IMG/VR virus record: IMGVR_UViG_3300022666_000082
Span: 1 to 40,864 of that record
Source of the DNA: a virus
Lineage: Duplodnaviria > Caudoviricetes
Length of the DNA: 40,864 nt
Reading direction: 5' to 3' (one strand)
Part shown: in pieces, positions 34,498-40,864 of the stretch
How positions within the stretch are numbered: position 1 is the stretch's first letter
Layout: the number at the start of each line of letters is the position of its first letter
The notes under the pieces: generated by a model
Databases searched by the model: none
What the model saw: only the letters and a program-made list of their open reading frames with translations
Told to the model about the DNA's origin: nothing
Translations under genes and position numbers: made by a program

Positions 34498-34970
34498 TGT
34501 ATCTGAACCCGGTACGGCTAACAGATAAATTCCCCAGTGCCTATCCTTCCATTGTGAAGGATAGGCATCCCGGGGCCGAGGCGGATGAGCTGACCGCGAT
34601 CTGGCTGGAGCGAGTGGTGTCCGAGATCATACACTATTCCGGATACATCGACAGCAGCGTAGGTGAGCGTTACCCCATGCGAGGGGGAAGCAAGTTCCCC
34701 GCTTGGGACGACAGCCCATCAACTCCGAACATCATCAGCGAGATCTGCTATCTGTTATGCTATGCGTCTTTGATCGACTATTTCAGACCGGTAAAGACCG
34801 GGGATGAGAGCGAGGAGACCACGACCTATAAAGACCGGGCTGAGCAGATGCTCAAAGACATCAGATCCGGTGACCGGATAGTGGACGGTTACGTCACCAA
34901 GGTTGCCGGGGCAAGCGTTGCGCGCGAAAACGTCATGACCCCCGAGAACTTCAGCGGATTTAGCAGATGA
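34494..34970 (+). CDS. Head-tail connector (Mu gp36/DUF1320-like)
   Basis: S..ID...G.RY, P..I..IC..L and Y..A...LK.I..G. Confidence 0.75.
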   Translation: MMYLNPVRLTDKFPSAYPSIVKDRHPGAEADELTAIWLERVVSEIIHYSGYIDSSVGERYPMRGGSKFPAWDDSPSTPNIISEICYLLCYASLIDYFRPVKTGDESEETTTYKDRAEQMLKDIRSGDRIVDGYVTKVAGASVARENVMTPENFSGFSR

Positions 34971-35443
34971 ATATAGCGGATGCCTTGAAGACCCTCTCTC
35001 CGGAGAAACTGGCTCGCCAGGTTGCGCCGGAGATCCACGCATATATGCACTCCAGGATTATCGTTCAGTTCCGTGAACAGGGCGGGAGAGGAGTCAACTG
35101 GGATCCGTTCATGAACCCCTGGTACACGCGGTCGGACGGAACAAGCGTTCCGATCACCGGCGGAGTCCCATGGAAGAACAATCCCAAGCGCAAAGTCAAG
35201 GGCAAGCTGAGATCGAAAAACCCGGAAGGGAAAAAGCGCTATACTGCTAATTCTAAGCTGATGCAATCGACAGGAATGCTACGATCGGCAATCTTGGCGG
35301 ACATGCGGATCAGCAGCACAAACATCGAGATGATAACACCGGTCAAATATGCGGGATATCAGAACGCACTGAGACCGTGGAACTACATCACCCAAGAAGA
35401 ATTGGCTATGATCAACTCAATGATCGTAAGGAGGCTAACATGA
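34967..35443 (+). CDS. Virion morphogenesis protein (Mu gpG-like)
   Basis: F..QG.....W, L..TG.LR.., KYA.YQ...RP. Confidence 0.75.
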   Translation: MNIADALKTLSPEKLARQVAPEIHAYMHSRIIVQFREQGGRGVNWDPFMNPWYTRSDGTSVPITGGVPWKNNPKRKVKGKLRSKNPEGKKRYTANSKLMQSTGMLRSAILADMRISSTNIEMITPVKYAGYQNALRPWNYITQEELAMINSMIVRRLT

Positions 35444-35853
35444 ACGTATTTAACCAAGTCGAATCAGCTCTCAAGGCATACATGGAGACCATTCCGGGGC
35501 TGAGCAGTGCGGTAAAGGAAATTCATGCCGGGCTGAAGAGCCTGGAGGAATACCCGGCACTGCCGGCAGTAGCAGTCAAGGTCACCGATATCAACCGAGA
35601 TCCGGATGACGGCGAAGAGACCGTCGAGGGATTCTTTGAGGTCGTCAGCGTCGGCGACTATAAACAGGCTACCGATTCCAGCGAAAACATCGCATCGATG
35701 ATCTATGTTCACTTGAGCAAATGCGGCGGGAGAATCCCCGACAGCGTTCCTCTGATAAACGAAATTGAAGTAAAGAAAATGCAGCTTTTCACGGGTGAAA
35801 TCAACACAACCTATGCAGGCGTGGTTCACGTTTACTGGGCCTGCAGCATTTAG
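35440..35853 (+). CDS. Tail terminator/completion protein
   Basis: AAGGAGG RBS and ATGA overlap at 35440; position; LPAVAV motif. Confidence 0.6.
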   Translation: MNVFNQVESALKAYMETIPGLSSAVKEIHAGLKSLEEYPALPAVAVKVTDINRDPDDGEETVEGFFEVVSVGDYKQATDSSENIASMIYVHLSKCGGRIPDSVPLINEIEVKKMQLFTGEINTTYAGVVHVYWACSI

Positions 35854-35861
35854 GAGTAACC

Positions 35862-36155
35862 ATGGCTGAACCTAAAACCACCAAAAAGCCCGGCAAGCCC
35901 AAGGACCCGAAAGCGCCCAAGGCTGACAAAATGATCGATGACGGGCAGAACAGCAAGATGACTGATGATAAGCCCGATCTTCCGGAGCAGTCCGACGATG
36001 AACCCGATCCCGAGCCTGAGCCCCAAGTGATCAAAAAGGTCAAGCTAGTGTTGACCAAGTGCGTCGGCATATTGCCGATCGGCTCGATCATCCGGGTGAC
36101 GCCCGAAAAGGCGGAAGAATACCTGAACCAAAATAAAGCAAGGAGGGCTAAGTAA
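35862..36155 (+). CDS. Low-complexity K/P- and D/E-rich protein
   Basis: AGGAG RBS; 97 aa. Confidence 0.7.
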   Translation: MAEPKTTKKPGKPKDPKAPKADKMIDDGQNSKMTDDKPDLPEQSDDEPDPEPEPQVIKKVKLVLTKCVGILPIGSIIRVTPEKAEEYLNQNKARRAK

Positions 36156-36724
36156 TGTGCCCCTTAACCAAACCTGATAACAGCGTTCCGATCAATGATT
36201 TTTCCAACATCCTAAAGTGCAAGATGCATGCGTACGTTGCACATGGGGCGATGGATGATGACGAGATCCCGGAGACCGCTACCGAACTCGACAAGCTTAT
36301 GACCGGCCCGGCGCAGGTCTTCGAACCGCTCGGAGATCTGGCAAAAGACGGACTGGAGTTCTTTTGGAAACGCGAATCGGAACAGGTGCATGCCGGCAAA
36401 AAACGCGGCGCCCTGGAAGTCGGAGCCATGGTCAAAAGCCTGGCTGTGACGCCTGAAATGATCAAGCTCCTGGACGATCCCGCAATGGACGATGCCGTAA
36501 CCGTCATATTTGTTCCGTTCAAAAACCCTGCTGCCATCGACGTCGATGCCGACAATCCCGCCTTTGCGGTGATAGTTCGCAACGTCAACCTGGTCGATAA
36601 TGGCAAGGGCAACGGCTCAAAGAAGTACGGAGAAGTGACATTGGAATTCACCGGCGAACCCGACAAGATCGAGGATTCGCTGATCATGCTGAAACTAACG
36701 GTTAGCGGAGTTGTGGCTCCTTGA
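36155..36724 (+). CDS. Major tail tube protein (siphovirus)
   Basis: AGGAGG RBS; precedes the chaperones and tape measure; no sheath gene in the genome. Confidence 0.65.
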   Translation: MCPLTKPDNSVPINDFSNILKCKMHAYVAHGAMDDDEIPETATELDKLMTGPAQVFEPLGDLAKDGLEFFWKRESEQVHAGKKRGALEVGAMVKSLAVTPEMIKLLDDPAMDDAVTVIFVPFKNPAAIDVDADNPAFAVIVRNVNLVDNGKGNGSKKYGEVTLEFTGEPDKIEDSLIMLKLTVSGVVAP

Positions 36725-36784
36725 CCATAAACAATGGGGGAGGCTAATCCCCTCCCCCACACCTATAACATGGGAGATGAACTA

Positions 36785-37225
36785 ATGGATTTTACAAAAG
36801 CTGACGAATGCAAGCGCTATCCGGTAAAGACGAATATGCGGGTACTGCTTGCCCTTCGAACCGTCATGAAGCAACTGGGGCTGCAGGGGCTGTTTGAAAA
36901 TGGCAATGCCAGCTCCGGTGACATCGTCAAAGCTGTGTTTACCGCGCTGATGAATGCCGATTTGGTCAACGAATTTTGCCAGGTCGTCACCGACAGCGAT
37001 AACGATTTTATGAACGAAGAGATCGGTACGGTGATGTGGGTCATCAACGATTTTTTCGCCGCTATGTGGTGGCAAATGCCTCCATCCTGGCAAACGAAAG
37101 TCGCGGGGGTGATGGGGGATCTGGCGCAGCTGGGACGAATGACTGCCATCCACGCAATGACTGGTGGAACGATCCAGCCAACTGGGTCGAAACCGCGCGA
37201 CGAAAAGCCGAAGCCGGAGATCTGA
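36785..37225 (+). CDS. Tail assembly chaperone (0-frame product)
   Basis: Between tube and tape measure; GGGAG RBS; contains the T TTT TTC slippery site. Confidence 0.75.
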   Translation: MDFTKADECKRYPVKTNMRVLLALRTVMKQLGLQGLFENGNASSGDIVKAVFTALMNADLVNEFCQVVTDSDNDFMNEEIGTVMWVINDFFAAMWWQMPPSWQTKVAGVMGDLAQLGRMTAIHAMTGGTIQPTGSKPRDEKPKPEI

Positions 37226-37365
37226 TCCTTGATGTCGATTTTCATTTGTCGCAGATCAAAATCCATCATCGAGAGATGGAGCTGGCAGATGCATACTACA
37301 TGCTGGAGAAATACGCCGAGATCAAAGCCCAGCGAGAACCTACAATAGATCCGGATGAGGAATAA
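37051..37365 (+). CDS. -1 frame extension of the tail assembly chaperone (G/GT type)
   Basis: Slippery heptamer 37051-37057 in the correct phase; the -1 frame is open to TAA 37365, which overlaps the tape-measure ATG. Confidence 0.7.
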   Translation, partial: FFRRYVVANASILANESRGGDGGSGAAGTNDCHPRNDWWNDPANWVETARRKAEAGDLILDVDFHLSQIKIHHREMELADAYYMLEKYAEIKAQREPTIDPDEE

Positions 37366-40300
37366 TGGCTAATAGCAGCATCTCTCTCAGTATAGATCTC
37401 ACTCTCTTCGCAGAAGGGCTGAAGACCGCTCTTCGCATGGGAGAGACGTTTAGCAAGAACTTGAATGACGTGCTCTCCGGACGCGTCAAACTCGATACCA
37501 AAGAACTGGATAAGGCGCTGGCTGATTTTCAAACGAAGGTCAGCCAGGCTGATACCAGTATCGATATAGACAGCACTAGGGCGGTCGAAGGAGTCCAGCG
37601 CATTACTCAGGAGACTGAGAAAGCGGCTGAAAAGACCAAGAGCAAAGTCCTCAGCATCCGCGACAGCCTGGCAATGTGGGGACTAGCGATCAATAGCGTG
37701 GAGCGGGCGTTTAACATCGCCACCCGTGCGATGGACGCACTGCTCACTCCACAACTGGAAGCGGAGGCAGCGCAAGCGGCATTAGGCGCAAGCCTGCTTC
37801 AAACAGGTATCTATAGTGAATCCTTAGTCGAAAAACTAACACAGCAATCAGAGGCGTTCCAGGATCTCACTAAATACGAAGATGATCTCACTTTGAGTAA
37901 CACAGCTTTGATGCAAAACATCGGGCAAATGAGCGACACCGTTCTCGTCAAAGCACAAAAAGCTGCTATTGGTATATCTGCCGCATATCGACTGGATCTG
38001 GCTACAGCAATGGAAGCGGTGGGTAAAGCAGCTGCAGGGAACTTCGCAACGCTGGGGAGATATGGCATCATTCTGGACGACACCGGCACGGCTGCCGAGA
38101 AGTTCGCCCAGCTTCTACAGATCGGAATCGACAAATTCCCTCTGGCTGAAGCGGAAGCAAAAACAGGGGCCGGGGCGATCGAGCAGTTTAAAAATGTATG
38201 GGGTGACATGCTCGAGACGATTGGTCAAATAGCTATACCTGTGCTTGGTGGTTTCATAAAAGTGCTTAAACCTATCGTTGAGTGGTTTGCTAATCTGACC
38301 CCTCTCGCAAAAGGGTTAGTGGTTTTGATGCCTTTACTAACTGCAACATGGATAAAGCTGTCAATTGCTGCCGGCGGAGCTGCAATATCAACCGGAAGTT
38401 TTACTGCTGCGATATCGGCTGCATCGGTAGCCGTAGAAAGTTTCCTTGCAACCATCGGCCCAGTTGGATGGGTTTTGATGGGTGTATCTGTCGCGGTTGG
38501 GGTATGGGCGGCTAACTCTGATAAGGCGAAAAAATCCACTGATGATTTAACGGATTCTACCCAGGAGATGACTAAGGAGGGCAAAAAGCAGGTCGAGAAC
38601 TATGATCAGCTTGTGGGAAGATTAAAAGCCTTGCGATCTGAAGAATCCAACTCTGCGACTGCAAAGCGGGAGCTGAAACGAGTTGCCCAGGAACTCAATG
38701 ACAACTATGGCACGTGGATCGGCAACATAAACCTCGAAGCAGGGGCATGGGATAAGGTGGCATCGTCTCTATCAACAGCCCGTGAAAAGCTCATTCAATA
38801 TCAAATGAGCCAGGCGCTTGAAGCGACCTATAGAGATCAGTTGACAAGGGTCGTCAAGCTGCGCCTCGAACTGCAGAATTTAACCGGTGAAGGTCTAGAC
38901 CTAATGGAAAAGGTCAACCGCGGCATTGGCGCTGCTCCTCCGGACAGCCTTCTGGGTGGTCCCGGAGACTACTACGATATCCAGGCAGATAAGATCGCCA
39001 AGATCAGAAACGAGCTCAAAGAAGCCGAAAAAGATCTGGCAGAGTATCAGCGGCGAGCAAATTCCGCTGCGGCCAGCTTAGGTTTGCAAAGCACCGACGA
39101 AAGCAACATGGGCGGAACCGGTGTTGACAGCGCATCAGGAACCGGGGCTGTCGCCAATAGCTATGAATCGCTATTATCATCGATTGAAAACTACCGCAAT
39201 AAGGTGAACCAAGAACTGGCTGAGACTGGGGCAAGCCCGTTTAGCATTGCCATCATGAGAGCCGAGAACGACGCGCAAACCCTTCGAGACAACCTCGATA
39301 AGGCGCTGAGTGATCAGACCATAACAGCTACTCAACACAGCAAGATGATGGAGGTGGTGAACTCTGCAGCGTTTGAAAAACAGCTCAGCATCGCAAAAAC
39401 CTACTATCTTGCCGGCAATGAGCAGATGAACCAGTATCATGATCAGCGACTGAATGAGATGCGGGATCAGCACACAAAAGAAACTTCTGAGCTGAACAGC
39501 AAATACACGGATGCCATCACCAGTCTGGATCAGTACTGGGAAGGCATGGGGCTGACCGAAGAGCAGTATCAGCTGCAGCGTAAAGAGCTGACATTAAAAT
39601 GGAACGCTGATCAGGAGTCGCTCAAAGACCGTCATTTAAAGGCAATGAACGATCTCGATGCGGTTATGCGAGCGGAAGCGATCAACAAAGAGCGCGAAGG
39701 CTTTGAGAAGTCCAGAGCGGAGCTCGATGCATATCTTGAAAAGCTGAAGACTTGGAAGGAGCTTGGGCTCAACGTTAGCACGGAAATGGCTGCGACATGG
39801 GACAAGTATCACGAGCTCTTAAAGAGCCAGATGGAGAAATCAAAACAGGCATTGGCAGACGCCGAGTCCGGCAAAACGCAGGTGACAGCGGAAGAGCTGG
39901 CATTGCGTAAACTACTCTATGACGGAGACCTCGCAGCCTACCTGCAAGCACTTGCCAATCGCAAAGAGGCTGAACTGAGGTCGCAGACAGACATCCAGAC
40001 TGAATGGCGCAGAACGCATCAATTAGCTGTAAGCCTTTGGAGCGGGATGGTGGACGGGCTGAAGAGCCTGTGGGACACCATGACGGATAAGACCATGACC
40101 GGGGCTGAGAAATGGAAGAAGGCGCTTTCCACGGTCGCCAACAGTTGGTACTCCACTCTGGGCAATATGCTGGCTGAGCAGGTGCGGAATATGCTTTACT
40201 CTCTGGCGGTGCATCAGACAACTGAAACAGCTAAAACCGCAGCTACAGCAGTTGGTGAAACAACGAGGCTGGCGCTATTCAAACAGAGCCTCTTGGGGCA

Positions 40301-40864
40301 AATCGCCCTGGCAGTATGGGGAGCGGTCAAAAAGGTTGCTATATATCTATTTGAAGTCGCGGCGGCATTAACCGCGTGGTTTGCTCCGGTGTTGGGACCA
40401 TTTGCACCACTGGCTACACTGGCTGTCATGGGTGGAGTGGTCGGACTGGTCAACAGCTTCCGCAAGGGCTTTGGCGGTGGCGGATATACGGGTGAAGGGA
40501 ACCCCAACGAAGAGGCGGGCATCGTGCATAAGGACGAGGTCGTGTTTGAATCCGCAATCACCCGCAAGAATTTACCGCAGCTGATGTGGCTGAGGGGAGC
40601 TCTGCAGAAGGGGATCAAGCTGGCGGACATAATCCCAGGAGTATCAATGCAGTATGCGCCGGTGCCTAAAGCGGCCATGGCGGTGAGCTATGCCGGAGGA
40701 GGATATACCGGCAAGGGTGCAGAGAGTTCTGAGCTCAAAAACATCATGATGGAGATCCTGAGCATCATGAAAACCGGCACATTCACCGGTAAAATGGACT
40801 TTGACCGGAGGCAGATGGCTATCCAGGTCGATCAAGGCAATCGTGAGCGAAGGGTCATCAGATG
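37365..40864 (+). CDS. Tape measure protein (1166 aa; wraps to TGA at 126-128; missed by ORF track)
   Basis: Long Ala/Leu-rich helical ORF from a TAATG overlap; TM patches; lambda-H-like GGGYTG...AGIVH..E.V C-terminal motif. Confidence 0.9.
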   Translation, partial: MANSSISLSIDLTLFAEGLKTALRMGETFSKNLNDVLSGRVKLDTKELDKALADFQTKVSQADTSIDIDSTRAVEGVQRITQETEKAAEKTKSKVLSIRDSLAMWGLAINSVERAFNIATRAMDALLTPQLEAEAAQAALGASLLQTGIYSESLVEKLTQQSEAFQDLTKYEDDLTLSNTALMQNIGQMSDTVLVKAQKAAIGISAAYRLDLATAMEAVGKAAAGNFATLGRYGIILDDTGTAAEKFAQLLQIGIDKFPLAEAEAKTGAGAIEQFKNVWGDMLETIGQIAIPVLGGFIKVLKPIVEWFANLTPLAKGLVVLMPLLTATWIKLSIAAGGAAISTGSFTAAISAASVAVESFLATIGPVGWVLMGVSVAVGVWAANSDKAKKSTDDLTDSTQEMTKEGKKQVENYDQLVGRLKALRSEESNSATAKRELKRVAQELNDNYGTWIGNINLEAGAWDKVASSLSTAREKLIQYQMSQALEATYRDQLTRVVKLRLELQNLTGEGLDLMEKVNRGIGAAPPDSLLGGPGDYYDIQADKIAKIRNELKEAEKDLAEYQRRANSAAASLGLQSTDESNMGGTGVDSASGTGAVANSYESLLSSIENYRNKVNQELAETGASPFSIAIMRAENDAQTLRDNLDKALSDQTITATQHSKMMEVVNSAAFEKQLSIAKTYYLAGNEQMNQYHDQRLNEMRDQHTKETSELNSKYTDAITSLDQYWEGMGLTEEQYQLQRKELTLKWNADQESLKDRHLKAMNDLDAVMRAEAINKEREGFEKSRAELDAYLEKLKTWKELGLNVSTEMAATWDKYHELLKSQMEKSKQALADAESGKTQVTAEELALRKLLYDGDLAAYLQALANRKEAELRSQTDIQTEWRRTHQLAVSLWSGMVDGLKSLWDTMTDKTMTGAEKWKKALSTVANSWYSTLGNMLAEQVRNMLYSLAVHQTTETAKTAATAVGETTRLALFKQSLLGQIALAVWGAVKKVAIYLFEVAAALTAWFAPVLGPFAPLATLAVMGGVVGLVNSFRKGFGGGGYTGEGNPNEEAGIVHKDEVVFESAITRKNLPQLMWLRGALQKGIKLADIIPGVSMQYAPVPKAAMAVSYAGGGYTGKGAESSELKNIMMEILSIMKTGTFTGKMDFDRRQMAIQVDQGNRERRVIR
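40738..40864. repeat. 127-bp terminal direct repeat (copy 2)
   Basis: Identical to 1-127. Confidence 0.97.

Noticed and set aside
37296-40835. Short minus-strand ORFs suggesting a gene-poor region
   Set aside because: They are shadows of the tape-measure gene, which the track missed because its stop lies across the circular join.
1-40864. tRNA genes, alternative genetic code, host assignment
   Set aside because: No tRNA cloverleaf seen; the standard code gives dense, coupled ORFs using all three stops; the host cannot be assigned without a database search.

Overview
The window is a complete circular temperate phage genome of 40,737 bp. Positions 1-127 are repeated at 40738-40864, and the tape-measure ORF reads across the join. 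Every gene I accept lies on + except the CI-like repressor. Modules in order: (i) tail tip genes and a tail fibre with an SGNH esterase domain; (ii) a 770-bp non-coding hub with an sRNA-like unit, a large nested RNA-like fold, a dif-like 11-6-11 palindrome and a cos-like G/C tract; (iii) a plasmid-maintenance operon (RHH protein, tyrosine recombinase, ParA, ParG-like partner, parS-like octamer array, Rep with internal 23-bp-periodic palindromes); (iv) an accessory region with membrane proteins, a terminator-bounded structured RNA of about 190 nt, and a gene flanked by degenerate direct repeats; (v) an iteron origin, CI/Cro switch and primase-helicase; (vi) an amidase, many small genes, ASCH, HNH and radical SAM; (vii) TerL, a second tyrosine recombinase, a TerS-like gene and two Dam-class methyltransferases; (viii) Mu-like head genes and a siphovirus tail with a -1 frameshift chaperone. 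There is no Mu transposase and no host DNA, so the best reading is a phage-plasmid with Mu-like morphogenesis genes and two replicons. The most novel-looking signals are the two structured non-coding regions, the genome-wide CATA-N4 arrays and a heptamer+REP composite repeat that also lies in-frame inside rep. All calls are by motif recognition only; no searches were run.
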